DNA of 64,000 bases from Chamaesiphon sp. (GCA_965246715.1 CBDFFH010000054.1:12341-76340), one strand, 5' to 3'. Shown: positions 30,316-40,904, numbered from the stretch's first letter. Notes: a model not told the origin generated them from the letters alone. Numbers and translations: made by a program.

Positions 30316-31431
30316 CTAGCATCTGCTGATTACCTGCAAGTAATAACGTTGTAACTGCTGCGTAGCTGCCGACCAGCCCCAGCGTTCGGCTTCAGTCCGA
30401 GCGTTCTGGCAGAGCGTTCGATCGAGTGCCAACGCAGCAAAAAGTTTTTGAGTAGCCACCAGCGCACCGTGCGGATCGTCGGGATCGAATAGGTAGCCAT
30501 TAATGCCATCGGTGACGATATCGGGAATACCACCCGATCGAGCGGCAACGACCGGACAGCCAGCCGCCATCGCCTCTAGTAATACCAGTCCCAGCGTCTC
30601 TGTCCGCGAGGGAAAAATAAATGCATCGGCGACGGCATAAGCGGCAGCTAATCTCTCTCCCTCTAAATAACCCACAAAATGCGTGGGAGTGTCGGCAAAG
30701 TAACTTTCTAAATAAGTCCGATGGGGGCCATTCCCCACAATCGCTAATCGTGCGCCCGGAATCGCTGCTAAAACGGGCTTAATCTGCTCGATTTCCTTTT
30801 CGGCACCAAGCCTGCCAACATAGAGTAACAATCGGCTTGCTGGCGCTCCTTGGCTCAAATAATGCCGCATTTCCACATTAGCTCGATCGGGATGAAAAGT
30901 CTCGGTATCGACCCCCCGCTGCCATAGATCCACCCGCTCGATCCCGTGCTGGCTCAGTTCCTCAACCATCACCGATGACGTGCAAAGATTTAATTCTGCT
31001 TGGTTGTGCGCCCCTTTTAATAATTCCCACAACAATCCTTCCAACATGCCCAACCCATAATGCTGAAGATATTTGGGTAAATGGGTATGGTAGGAAGCTA
31101 CTAACGGAATCTGCGAGGATTTGGCATAAAAAATTCCAGCTAGCCCTAATACTGCTGGATTGATAACGTGAATCACATCTGGTCGAAATTTGGCGAGTTG
31201 CTGACCGATTTCGGGGCGGGGTAATGCCAATTTAAGTTCGGGATAGAGTGGCAACGGAAAGGCTGACAATCCATAAATCTGCGCACCATGATAGGACTTC
31301 AATCCCCCCTCGGGACAAAAAATTAACACCTCATCGCCACTACGCTGGAGATGTTCGATCGTGTGTTTGAGCCGAGTGACGATGCCATCGACTTTGGGCA
31401 AGAAAGTTTCGGTGAAGAGGGCGATTCGCAT
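30316..31431 (-). CDS. sqdX: Sulfoquinovosyldiacylglycerol synthase (GT4 glycosyltransferase)
   Basis: MRIALFTETFLPKVDGIVTRL, PLPLYPELKL, ASYHTHLPKYL, FPSRTETLGLVLLEAMAAG. Confidence 0.88.
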   Translation of the reverse strand: MRIALFTETFLPKVDGIVTRLKHTIEHLQRSGDEVLIFCPEGGLKSYHGAQIYGLSAFPLPLYPELKLALPRPEIGQQLAKFRPDVIHVINPAVLGLAGIFYAKSSQIPLVASYHTHLPKYLQHYGLGMLEGLLWELLKGAHNQAELNLCTSSVMVEELSQHGIERVDLWQRGVDTETFHPDRANVEMRHYLSQGAPASRLLLYVGRLGAEKEIEQIKPVLAAIPGARLAIVGNGPHRTYLESYFADTPTHFVGYLEGERLAAAYAVADAFIFPSRTETLGLVLLEAMAAGCPVVAARSGGIPDIVTDGINGYLFDPDDPHGALVATQKLFAALALDRTLCQNARTEAERWGWSAATQQLQRYYLQVISRC

Positions 31432-31479
31432 TGAATAGGGGATAGGGGATAGGGAAACTTGAGTTCGGGTTATTAACTA

Positions 31480-31692
31480 ACGTCAGTTCGGGATAAGTAT
31501 ATCCACTTAATCACTCCTAGCTTCGTTGCTGAACCGCCCTCAAATGAATTTGGGGCTAACAGCAAAAGTTCTCTGAAGAGAACTGCCAAATCAGTTAGTT
31601 CGTTTCAACGAACTTTTGCTGTTAGCCCGAACTTCTAGTTCAGGGCGGTGGTTGCGCGAAGCAGATCGGTTCTCCTTAACCCGAACTCACGT
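31480..31692. mobile_element. MITE family C (ACGT(C/G)AGTTCGGG termini) with REP-like multi-hairpin cargo
   Basis: TIRs ACGTCAGTTCGGGATAAG / CTTAACCCGAACTCACGT (16/18); 6-bp direct repeat TAACTA at 31474-31479 and 31693-31698; internal stem GGGCTAACAGCAAAAGTTC/GAACTTTTGCTGTTAGCCC. Confidence 0.85.
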
Positions 31693-31710
31693 TAACTAAT
31701 AATCGATAAC

Positions 31711-31735
31711 AAAAAAGGTGGGGTATACCCACCTT
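31711..31735 (-). terminator. Intrinsic terminator after the DEAD-box helicase gene
   Basis: AAGGTGGG-GTATA-CCCACCTT with adjacent A run. Confidence 0.65.
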
Positions 31736-31788
31736 CTAATTACTAATTTGTTAAAGTTTACCCCACTATCGAGTGGATGTAACAACTA

Positions 31789-33372
31789 TTACACGCGTTC
31801 TTCACTGCGGTAACCACCACGGCGCTCGCCGCCGCGATTTTCGCGTTCGTAACGATCTCCTTCATTGCGGGGGCTGCTATCGCGCCGATCGTAGCGACCG
31901 CCACCACCAGTACCACCAGCATTACCAGCACGGAGGACTGGTTTGCCACCAGCACCGCCACCGCCGCCACTGCGACGATCGCTACCACCGCGTGGTTTGT
32001 AGCTGTTAGATGAGCGTTCGCCACCATATTCGCGATCGTTATTACGCGCTTGGGGTTCTTCCATGTCCAACCATGCGGGACGAGTTTGGTCGTAGACGAG
32101 TTGCAATGCTGCTGCCGCAACAGTATGTACGTCAAACTCTTCACTCATTTTGGCAATAATCGGTAAGAAGGATGCTACCCGTTCGCCAGAGAGAGCTTCA
32201 AGTACCTGAGCTTGCGTTTTTTGAACGTGAGCGGCTTCAACTTGAGCGCGAGTTGGAATCTGACAGACTGCAAGATTCTGTTTGACACGACGTTCGATCG
32301 CTTGGAGTTTGCGACGATCGAGTGAATGAATCAGGGAAATAGCTACGCCTTCTTTACCCGCACGACCCGTCCGACCGATCCGGTGGATATAGTTTTCGAC
32401 GCTATCGGGTAAGTCATAATTGATAACATGGCTGAGATGATCGACATCTAGACCGCGTGCAGCGATATCGGTAGCCACGATCCAACGCACTTTATCACCA
32501 CGGAAGCGCGCTAAGAGGCGTTCGCGTTGAGTTTGAGTGAGGTCGCCATGATACTCATCCGCACTGTGTCCGGCAGATTGGAGTTGGTTGGTGAGTTCGG
32601 CTGCGGCTTTGCGAGTCCGGACGAAGATGATCGCCGAATCAGGCTGTTCGAGTTCTAAAATCGGTTGCAGCGCTTGCGCTTTAGTCCAACCGCGTGGGAT
32701 GAAATAAACTTGCTGTTTGATTTTAGTCGGTGCCGCTTCGATCCGATCGGCAGTAACGGTAATCGGATTCTTGAGGAAGCGATTTACCAACGAGCGAATC
32801 GGCGGAGCCATGGTTGCCGAGAAGAACGCAGTTTGACGTTCGGTGGGCAACTTGCTCAAGATCAGTTCGATATCGTCGATAAAGCCCATACTGAGCATTT
32901 CATCAGCTTCATCAAGTACCAACCAATCGACATTACCCAGGCGGAGATGTCCGCGATTGATCAAGTCGATCACGCGTCCGGGAGTACCGACGACTGCAGC
33001 GACACCGCTTTCGAGGCGGCGAATTTGGAGGTCGATCGATTGTCCGCCATAGACAGTCAGGATCGGCGAGCGACGCTCGTTACCACCGACGAAAGTTTTC
33101 ATAGCTTGCGACACTTGCATTGCCAACTCACGAGTGGGAGTTAGAATCAGTGCCTGCACTGTAGTTTTCTGCCAATCTAGCTTTTCGATAATGGGTAAAG
33201 CGAAAGCCGCTGTTTTACCAGTACCAGTTTGCGATTGACCAACGACATCGCGGCCGGAGAGCAGTTGAGGAATAGCTTGTTCTTGAATGTTGGTTGGTTC
33301 AGTAATCCCCAGACCTTCCAATGTAGTGACTAAGCGATCGGAAAGACCAAGGCTAGAGAAAGAAACGGTCAT
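31789..33372 (-). CDS. crhR: DEAD-box RNA helicase, CrhR type
   Basis: Q motif, SQTGTGKT, PTRELA, TPGR, DEAD, SAT, HRIGRTGRAG; RG-rich tail; downstream of rimO. Confidence 0.9.
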   Translation of the reverse strand: MTVSFSSLGLSDRLVTTLEGLGITEPTNIQEQAIPQLLSGRDVVGQSQTGTGKTAAFALPIIEKLDWQKTTVQALILTPTRELAMQVSQAMKTFVGGNERRSPILTVYGGQSIDLQIRRLESGVAAVVGTPGRVIDLINRGHLRLGNVDWLVLDEADEMLSMGFIDDIELILSKLPTERQTAFFSATMAPPIRSLVNRFLKNPITVTADRIEAAPTKIKQQVYFIPRGWTKAQALQPILELEQPDSAIIFVRTRKAAAELTNQLQSAGHSADEYHGDLTQTQRERLLARFRGDKVRWIVATDIAARGLDVDHLSHVINYDLPDSVENYIHRIGRTGRAGKEGVAISLIHSLDRRKLQAIERRVKQNLAVCQIPTRAQVEAAHVQKTQAQVLEALSGERVASFLPIIAKMSEEFDVHTVAAAALQLVYDQTRPAWLDMEEPQARNNDREYGGERSSNSYKPRGGSDRRSGGGGGAGGKPVLRAGNAGGTGGGGRYDRRDSSPRNEGDRYERENRGGERRGGYRSEERV

Positions 33373-33663
33373 AATTTATAGTTAAGTGGTTCGGTATGAT
33401 TGCAGTTGAAAATTTAGGAGCTAATATTTAGGAATTAATCAGTATATTGACCTGGGAAAACATCGTACCCAATATTTAAACCATTCAGCGTAGGGATGGG
33501 TGAGAATTAGCTGCAATTCCACACCGACAAGAGAAATACTAAATAGTCACAGAATGTTCGCATCAGTTGCGAGGCGTAGATTCCGTTATGAATTGTTGTC
33601 AGATAAATCGGGCTTTGTACTGAATTCTAGCGGCTTCGCTCCAATCCAAAATCTAAATTAAAT

Positions 33664-34989
33664 TTAAATCTTGAATTCTACGATCGCTCCATGCAGATCG
33701 TAGTGGTCGGCTTCGTGGATAGTAACGGGAACGATCGACCCGAGCCGAGCACTCCCACTAACATACACTAATCCGTCTACTTCTGGGGCAAATCTAGCAG
33801 ATCTCCCCACCAACAACCCAGATTCTGGATGTTCCTGTTCGATTAAGACATCGACAATTTTACCCACTTCCCGCTGGTTGCGGTGGAGTGAAATCGGTTG
33901 TTGAATCGCCATAATCCCATCGCGGCGCTCGTCCATGACTGCCTGTGGCAGTTGGTGGGGTAGTGTCGCAGCAGGGGTTCCATCCTCAGCGGAGAAGGTA
34001 AACACACCAACATGATCGAATTGATGACGTTGCAAAAATTCTTGGAGATGTTGGTAATGTGCGTCGGTTTCACCAGGAAAGCCGACGATTAGCGTTGTCC
34101 GCATCACCGCATCGGGCAGAGCAGTCTTGAGTTGCTCGATGATGCGATCGTTTACTTGTCCCTGCCACGGGCGATTCATGGCACGGAGTACTTCAGGATG
34201 AGAATGCTGTAGTGGCAAATCTAGGTATGGTAAGACATTAGCTGTCTCTTGCATTGCTGCAATTACCGTCGGTGTCAACCCTGTCGGATACGCATAATGC
34301 ATCCGAATCCAAGGGATATCTACTTTCCCTAGAGCGCGTAGGAGTTCCGCTAGTTTCGGCGCTCCATAGATATCGATGCCATAGTTCGTCGTGATTTGGG
34401 AAATTAGGATTAGCTCTTGGACTCCCTCATCTGCCAAACGTTGGGCTTCTGCCACGATCGATTCGATCGTCCGCGAGCGCTGGTTGCCCCGCAAGTGGGG
34501 AATGATGCAAAACGCACACCGATAGTCGCAGCCTTCGGCTACTCTCAGGTAAGCTACGCCTTCCGTCGTCGTCCGATATCGCGGCGTATGCTCGTCAGCA
34601 ATATAAGTTGGCTCTGCGGTAATCTCGACTACGCGTTCGCCAGTTTGACTGCGTTCGATGACATCAACTATTTTGTGATAGTCACCAGTACCAACAACTG
34701 CTACAGCTTCGGGTATTTCTGCCAGTAACTGCGATTGGAAATGTTGTGCCATGCACCCAGTAATGACAATCTTTTTATCTGCTTCGGCAAGTTCGATTAG
34801 CGTGCGAACAGATTCTTCTCTTGCGGCATCGATGAAGCTACATGTGTTTACTATAACATAATCTGCAGTGCTTTCGTCGGCATCTACTTGGTAGCCTGCT
34901 TGTGCCAGCAGACCCAGCATATGTTCGCTATCGATTCGGTTTTTTTCGCAACCTAGGTGGGATATTGCAATCGTCGGCTTGTTGCCCAT
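33664..34989 (-). CDS. rimO: Ribosomal protein S12 methylthiotransferase
   Basis: [26 protein letters not shown] radical-SAM motif, APEVDG TRAM domain. Confidence 0.96.
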   Translation of the reverse strand: MGNKPTIAISHLGCEKNRIDSEHMLGLLAQAGYQVDADESTADYVIVNTCSFIDAAREESVRTLIELAEADKKIVITGCMAQHFQSQLLAEIPEAVAVVGTGDYHKIVDVIERSQTGERVVEITAEPTYIADEHTPRYRTTTEGVAYLRVAEGCDYRCAFCIIPHLRGNQRSRTIESIVAEAQRLADEGVQELILISQITTNYGIDIYGAPKLAELLRALGKVDIPWIRMHYAYPTGLTPTVIAAMQETANVLPYLDLPLQHSHPEVLRAMNRPWQGQVNDRIIEQLKTALPDAVMRTTLIVGFPGETDAHYQHLQEFLQRHQFDHVGVFTFSAEDGTPAATLPHQLPQAVMDERRDGIMAIQQPISLHRNQREVGKIVDVLIEQEHPESGLLVGRSARFAPEVDGLVYVSGSARLGSIVPVTIHEADHYDLHGAIVEFKI

Positions 34990-35536
34990 GTAGTCTTGGT
35001 GTGGTTATCTCCAACAATAAGGTGGAACGGTTCTTTTCAACACTTTTCTCCCCAGACTACATCGGCTGCGCTTAGAGCGATTGCCAAGCTGATTTCATGC
35101 TCGATCTCCAGTTACGCTCCTAGATTTGGGCTAAACTCTCGATCGGTGATGATGTTCGGTTGCTGCGGACGAATTCTGATGCTCGATCGACTAGCGAATT
35201 ACTAAATTTAGCTCTGCTAGAAGATCTGTGGCTCGGTTGAAAGTAGGCTATTTGAGTCATCAGGCTATATCTTAGCACAATGTTGCGGAATGTGAAGGGT
35301 AAGTTCGCGGATTGAGATAAGTCTGCGTTTTACTGAGGTTAATTCGAGCTTTGTCATCTGCATTTGGTCGTAGACTAAGTAAGTCCCAATACAATCACTA
35401 GTAACGTCAGAGTGGCGATCTCTGGTTCGCTCGCCACCCAACTAGTCACTAGCCACTAGCTAGTGGCCATTAAAATGAAGCCTAATTTGTGGATAATATA
35501 GGTGAAGATCGAGTTCGATAGTTCGGTCGCGCCCTC

Positions 35537-35598
35537 ATCGAGTCAGTAGGCGCAAGGCTCGATCGCGTCAAAGCAAGTCTCTGACTGACGCGCCTGCT
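35537..35598 (+). promoter_or_regulatory. Candidate structured 5'-UTR RNA (pseudoknot) upstream of btpA
   Basis: P1 ATCGAGTC/GGCTCGAT, P2 CGCGTCA/TGACGCG, and P1-loop AGTAGG complementary to CCTGCT 3' of P2; -10-like GATAAT at 35492-35497. Confidence 0.45.
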
Positions 35599-35631
35599 AG
35601 CAATCGCCATCCGCCTAGTTGAAAAAGAAAC

Positions 35632-36504
35632 GTGAACTTAAAGCAAATTTTTAATACTACTCAACCAATTATTGGTGTAGTCCATCTGCTGCCCCTGCCG
35701 ACTTCGGCACGTTGGGGTGGTAGCCTCAATGCGGTTGTCGATCGAGCCGAACAAGAAGCAGTCGCACTAGTTTCTGGCGGTGTCGATAGCATCATCATCG
35801 AGAATTTTTTTGATGCACCATTTCCCAAAAGCAAAGTCGATCCGGCGGTAGTAAGTGCGATGACCACGATCGTCTTGCGGCTGCGAGAGCTGGTGTCACT
35901 GCCGATCGGGATCAATGTCCTCCGCAATGATAGTCTCAGTGCGATGGCGATCGCTAGTTGTACGGGCGCTGCCTTTATTCGGGTAAATATCCTCACTGGG
36001 GTAATGGCAACAGATCAAGGCTCGATCGAGGGTTGCGCTCATGAGTTACTCCGCTATCGGCGCGAACTCGGTAGTAACGTTCAGATTTTGGCAGATGTTT
36101 TGGTCAAACACGCTCGTCCCTTGAGTTCGAGCGATCTGACTACTACGGTGGAAGAAACTATCCACCGAGGGTTAGCAGACGCAGTAATTATCTCAGGGCT
36201 GACGACTGGCAATCCACCGAGTTTGGAAGATCTGCGACAGGCAAAAGCTGCTGCTGGCGATACGCCAGTAATTATCGGTAGTGGTGCCGATTGCGATAAT
36301 ATTGCCAGCCTGATGCAATTTGCCGATGGAGCAATCGTTTCCAGCTCCCTCAAACGTCATGGCAAAATCGAGAACTCGATCGACCCAATTCGCGTCAGTC
36401 AATTTGTGGAAGCCATGCGTCAAGATCTGACGAATAAATCCGTCCAACGGGCGATTGCAGATGGCAAAACATTCGACCCAATGTTGAGTAGACGGTCGAA
36501 ATAA
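35632..36504 (+). CDS. btpA: Photosystem I biogenesis protein BtpA
   Basis: IIGVVHLLPLP, IENFFDAPF, GINVLRND, FIRVN, ADVLVKHA. Confidence 0.93.
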   Translation: MNLKQIFNTTQPIIGVVHLLPLPTSARWGGSLNAVVDRAEQEAVALVSGGVDSIIIENFFDAPFPKSKVDPAVVSAMTTIVLRLRELVSLPIGINVLRNDSLSAMAIASCTGAAFIRVNILTGVMATDQGSIEGCAHELLRYRRELGSNVQILADVLVKHARPLSSSDLTTTVEETIHRGLADAVIISGLTTGNPPSLEDLRQAKAAAGDTPVIIGSGADCDNIASLMQFADGAIVSSSLKRHGKIENSIDPIRVSQFVEAMRQDLTNKSVQRAIADGKTFDPMLSRRSK

Positions 36505-36638
36505 GGGGATAGGGGATAGCGTTTGACGCGCTTTGCGCGTTATCGAGCCGCTGAATAACTTATACCTCTTGCATTTCCTCATCCCCAACCCCTAAAGCCT
36601 ATCCTCTAATATCCCCTATCCCCTAACCCCCATCTCCT

Positions 36639-37586
36639 ATGCGTCGCAAACAAGTTCCTTGGATACATCAGTACTCGCGCTTGCTAATTGGCTCGATCGC
36701 GATTTTAGGTATACTAGATACCGCCTATCTCACTTGGGTCAAACTCAGTCACAATGGCATTTGCGGGACTGAAGGTTGCGAAACCGTGCTTGCTAGTCCG
36801 TTTGCGAACGTCGGTGATTTCCCGCTGACGGGTTTGGGACTATTGAGCTATGTCGCTGTCGCATTGATGGCCTTCGCACCGATGTTAATTAATCCCAAAA
36901 CTAATAAAGCAGCTTATAATCAGCTCAATAATCTCACTTGGCTGGGATTATTATTAGCTGGAGTAGGAATGGCCGTATTTAGCGGTTATCTGATGTTTTT
37001 ACTAGCGTTTGTAATTAAAGCAGCTTGTCCGTTTTGTATTGCGTCGGCAATTTTTACATTTGCGATTTTGGGCTTGACATTAGCCGGACATGATTGGGAA
37101 GATGTCGGTCAAATTTTATTTATGGGGATGGCAGCAGCATTGGTGGCGCTGGTCGTCTCGTTGGTATTTTACAACACCGCTACTGGTAGTCAGATAAATT
37201 CGCTTGCACCAACTGTCGCACCCGAACAGGGGATCGGCTGGGAAATTAAGTCTGTCTCTAGTCCTGCAGAAATTCAGTTAGCGGAGCATCTGACTCGCGC
37301 TGGAGCAAAAATGTATGGTTCTTATTTTTGTTCTCATTGCTACGAACAAAAACAACTGTTTGGCAAGCAAGCTTGGTCAAAAGTTGCTTATGTCGAGTGC
37401 AGTCCTGGTGCATTAAAAAACAAGCCACAGCCGGAAGTTTGTCAGCAGGTTGGCATTAAAGGTTTCCCAACATGGTCGATCGATGGCAAATTAGATCCGG
37501 GCGTGAAGAAGCTGGCTAAACTAGCAGAATTGACTGGTTATAAGGGCAATACTGCATTTCAATACGATAAGTTATTTGCAAGATAG
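36639..37586 (+). CDS. VKOR-thioredoxin fusion (SynDsbAB/LTO1-like)
   Basis: MRRKQVPWIH N-terminus, CGTEGC loop, CPFC in the TM region, C-terminal Trx-like domain with CSHC and GFPTW. Confidence 0.92.
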   Translation: MRRKQVPWIHQYSRLLIGSIAILGILDTAYLTWVKLSHNGICGTEGCETVLASPFANVGDFPLTGLGLLSYVAVALMAFAPMLINPKTNKAAYNQLNNLTWLGLLLAGVGMAVFSGYLMFLLAFVIKAACPFCIASAIFTFAILGLTLAGHDWEDVGQILFMGMAAALVALVVSLVFYNTATGSQINSLAPTVAPEQGIGWEIKSVSSPAEIQLAEHLTRAGAKMYGSYFCSHCYEQKQLFGKQAWSKVAYVECSPGALKNKPQPEVCQQVGIKGFPTWSIDGKLDPGVKKLAKLAELTGYKGNTAFQYDKLFAR

Positions 37587-37677
37587 TTGTCTTAGCATCG
37601 ATCGAAACTCGGTTAATTTACACGGTTACTCGATCTTCGGTAAGATCGGCAAGCACGACAACTAGTTATTTACCAAT

Positions 37678-38166
37678 ATGCTAAAAATCGCTCGGTTTCT
37701 GTTAACGGGGATGGCGGTAGTTCTAATATTACTAGGCGTAACATTGTTACCAGATAATGCCGCGATCGGGAATGAGATCGATTCGCTCGCACCAACCGCC
37801 GACCTCAAACAAGGTATCGGTTGGGAAATTAAGTCTACATCGGGAGCGGCAGAAATCAAGCTGGCAAAATATCTGACGCGCGCTGGCGCAAAAATGTATG
37901 GTGCATATTGGTGTCCGCATTGTTACGAGCAGGAGCAGCTATTTGGCAAGCAGGCGTGGAAATATATTACATATGTAGAATGTGCTGATGATGCTGTCAA
38001 AAATCCACAGCCTAAAGTATGTAAGCAAGCTGGTGTTACGGGTTTTCCCACATGGTCGATCGCTGGCAAGCTCGATGCTGGTGTGAAAAAGCTCGCCGAA
38101 CTCAGTAAATTGACTGGCTATCGCGGTAATACTGCGTTTAAGTACGATAAGTTGTTTGGCAGATAA
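37678..38166 (+). CDS. Exported thioredoxin-like protein (duplicate of the VKOR C-terminal domain)
   Basis: Signal peptide; MYGAYWCPHC, GFPTW; aligns residue-for-residue with the upstream VKOR Trx domain through YDKLFxR. Confidence 0.85.
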   Translation: MLKIARFLLTGMAVVLILLGVTLLPDNAAIGNEIDSLAPTADLKQGIGWEIKSTSGAAEIKLAKYLTRAGAKMYGAYWCPHCYEQEQLFGKQAWKYITYVECADDAVKNPQPKVCKQAGVTGFPTWSIAGKLDAGVKKLAELSKLTGYRGNTAFKYDKLFGR

Positions 38167-38256
38167 TCGATCGGAAATCGTGGGAAACTTGTGCGATCGA
38201 CCCAAATGGTTTATATATTTTAACATCAGCAAATACCACGATAGATTATTTACCGA

Positions 38257-38781
38257 ATGCTTAAAATCGATCGTTTACTCCAGCCAATTACAGCGATAGC
38301 GATCGTTGTTTGTACTAGCAATATGCTGCTGCCCGCGCGCGCCAATCCAGTGTCAGTTGTCAATCGATCGACCGCAACCGCGCCTAAGGCCACGATCGAT
38401 AATACCGCTAAAACACCTAGCGATCGCTCTCAACGGATCTCGGCGGCAGATAAGGTCGAAACCGTCTCCGGAACTGCGGAAATCCAGCTGGCGGAATATT
38501 TAACAGCCAATAATGTGGAATTTTACGGTGCGTTTTGGTGTTCGCATTGCAAAGAGCAAAAAGCTTTATTTGGGGCAGTTGCTGCGAGTAAGCTCAATTA
38601 CATCGAGTGCGACAAAAATGGTGAGAATTCGCAACGGCAATTGTGCAAGGACAAAAATATTCAAATGTTTCCGACCTGGGCGATTAAAGGTCAATTCTTA
38701 CCTGGTACTCGCGATCTCCAGCAACTTGCCGAACTAACTGGTTATCAAGGTGCGACGAACTTTAAATATAAGAAGAAGTAA
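38257..38781 (+). CDS. Exported thioredoxin-like protein (same family, more divergent)
   Basis: Signal peptide (PARA); FYGAFWCSHC, YIEC, FPTW, LAELTGYQG. Confidence 0.85.
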   Translation: MLKIDRLLQPITAIAIVVCTSNMLLPARANPVSVVNRSTATAPKATIDNTAKTPSDRSQRISAADKVETVSGTAEIQLAEYLTANNVEFYGAFWCSHCKEQKALFGAVAASKLNYIECDKNGENSQRQLCKDKNIQMFPTWAIKGQFLPGTRDLQQLAELTGYQGATNFKYKKK

Positions 38782-38885
38782 GTGTTTAGTGAAATAGACA
38801 CCCGTACCGATCGGGTTATAATCTAGCTCGATCGTCCGATCGAGCTGTAATTAATTTGACTGCATCACCTATCTAAAATATTGAG

Positions 38886-39752
38886 ATGAGTTACTTACTG
38901 AATTTGTGGCGGTTTCCAATTTTATCATTGCTATTATCCTCGTTAGTGTTAGGAGCGTTACCTGCTAGATCGGCACCGCAGATTTCGATCCCCGCTAGGA
39001 TGACGACCCCAGAGAATTTAACTGCGAGGGAAAATTCGATCGATAAATCGATCGAGCGGCAAGCGCAGCAGACAATCGCACTCGAAGAATCGGTCAAAGT
39101 CAGCCCCCAATTAGAAAAGCAAATCCTAGAAGTAATTCGCAAACATCCAGATGTGATGCTGGAAGTTTTACAGAAATATGCGATCGAGCAACAACTCAAA
39201 GCCCAAAAAGCCCAAGCTGAAGCCATCAAGCAAGTTCGCAAAAATACCAAAGATTTAATCGGTGATTCGCCCGTAATCGGGTCTACCGATCGCAAGATTG
39301 TGATGGTCGAATTTTCGGATTTTCAGTGTAGTTACTGCGCCGCTGCTGAGAAAAATGTCAAGCAATTTCTGGCAAAACACAAGGAAGTCACCTTAGTCTA
39401 TAAACATTTTCCACTCACGCAAATTCATCCCGAAGCATTACCTGCGGCTACGGCTGCTTGGGCGGCGAATAAACAAGGAAAATTTTGGGAATACCACGAT
39501 GCTTTATTTGCCAATCAGGCTAAATTGGGCGAGATTTTTTATCTAGAGACAGCTAATAATTTGAAGCTGGACATCAAAAAATTTACGGCCGATCGCAAAA
39601 CAGCTGAAGCTGAGATCGTCAAAGATTTTCAATTAGGGCGTAAACTCGGCATCGAAGGCACTCCGACATTTATCCTTAATGGTGAGGCAATTTCGGGAGC
39701 AGCATCAGTCGCAGATCTCGAAAAAGTCCTGACCCCAGTTACGAAGAAGTAA
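38886..39752 (+). CDS. DsbA-family oxidoreductase (Com1/ScsC-like)
   Basis: Signal peptide; EFSDFQCSYC, YKHFP, QGKFWEYHDALF, GIEGTPTF. Confidence 0.9.
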   Translation: MSYLLNLWRFPILSLLLSSLVLGALPARSAPQISIPARMTTPENLTARENSIDKSIERQAQQTIALEESVKVSPQLEKQILEVIRKHPDVMLEVLQKYAIEQQLKAQKAQAEAIKQVRKNTKDLIGDSPVIGSTDRKIVMVEFSDFQCSYCAAAEKNVKQFLAKHKEVTLVYKHFPLTQIHPEALPAATAAWAANKQGKFWEYHDALFANQAKLGEIFYLETANNLKLDIKKFTADRKTAEAEIVKDFQLGRKLGIEGTPTFILNGEAISGAASVADLEKVLTPVTKK

Positions 39753-39851
39753 TCGTTAATTCTGGTTTGTCGAGCTTCCGATCTCCCGCCGATCCCCTCG
39801 ATCGAGGGGATTAATGCGGTTAAGATAACTGTTACTACCAACGTTAATCCT

Positions 39852-40904
39852 ATGAGCGATTTTCCGCTAACTTCAATCCAGCCTGCTGTGTGGCGAATTT
39901 TAGATGCGAATTTCGATCGAGCGCGGGAAGGATTGCGAATCATCGAAGAATGGTGTCGATTTGCGCTCGATGACACCCACATGGCAAATGAATGCAAACA
40001 AATGCGTCAAGAATTGGGGCAGTGGCACACCCCAGAGATTCGCTCGGCACGAAATACCGCTGGAGATGTCGGCACCGCACTGAGCCATCCGTATGAAGAG
40101 CACCGCGCGGGGATCGAACAACTGCTGCAAGCCAATCTTTGCCGAGTCCAAGAAGCCTTGCGCGTACTCGAAGAATACGGCAAGCTCTACTCTGCCAAGA
40201 TGAGTAGTGGCTGCAAGCAGATGCGCTATCGGGTGTATACCCTAGAGAGCAACCTGCTAGCCTACAATCGCCAGCAGCTACTCAAAAATGCCCGATTATA
40301 TCTAGTCACAGCCCCAGCACCAGACTTACTCGCCCGCGTCGAAGCGGCTCTAGCTGGTGGATTGACCCTAGTTCAATATCGTGACAAACAAAATAACGAT
40401 GTCGATCGCGTGATGATGGCACAGCAAATGTGTCAACTCTGCCATCAATATGGGGCATTATTTATTCTCAACGATCGGGTGGATCTCGCCCTCGCAGTTG
40501 GTGCTGATGGGGTACATTTGGGTCAGCAAGATGTCTCGGTCGCCCTCGCTAGACAAATCCTCGGATCGCAAAAAATCGTTGGCAAATCGACCACAAACCC
40601 CGAGGAGATGGCGCGAGCTTTGGAAGAAGGTGCCGATTATATCGGGGTCGGGCCAGTTTATGAAACGCCGACTAAAGCTGGTAAAGCAGCAGCCGGACTG
40701 GAATACGTCCGACATGCCGCCAAACATGCGACCGTGCCGTGGTTTGCGATCGGTGGGATCGATAGTAGTAATATCGATGATGTCTTAGCTGCTGGCGCAC
40801 CTGCAATCGCGATCGTCCGCGCGATTATGAGTGCAGAAAACCCTACTCACGCCGTGCAATTTTGTCTATCGATCTTAAATCGAGTCGGGCCATTGAAACG
40901 CTAG
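39852..40904 (+). CDS. thiE: Thiamine-phosphate synthase (cyanobacterial long form)
   Basis: [24 protein letters not shown]-domain; [28 protein letters not shown]. Confidence 0.95.
   Translation: MSDFPLTSIQPAVWRILDANFDRAREGLRIIEEWCRFALDDTHMANECKQMRQELGQWHTPEIRSARNTAGDVGTALSHPYEEHRAGIEQLLQANLCRVQEALRVLEEYGKLYSAKMSSGCKQMRYRVYTLESNLLAYNRQQLLKNARLYLVTAPAPDLLARVEAALAGGLTLVQYRDKQNNDVDRVMMAQQMCQLCHQYGALFILNDRVDLALAVGADGVHLGQQDVSVALARQILGSQKIVGKSTTNPEEMARALEEGADYIGVGPVYETPTKAGKAAAGLEYVRHAAKHATVPWFAIGGIDSSNIDDVLAAGAPAIAIVRAIMSAENPTHAVQFCLSILNRVGPLKR

Noticed and set aside
36518..36555. Hairpin TGACGCGC-TTT-GCGCGTTA after btpA as another mini-element
   Set aside because: Lacks the TRTCTTG and GGGAAC hallmarks and is single-copy; could be an ordinary 3' hairpin.
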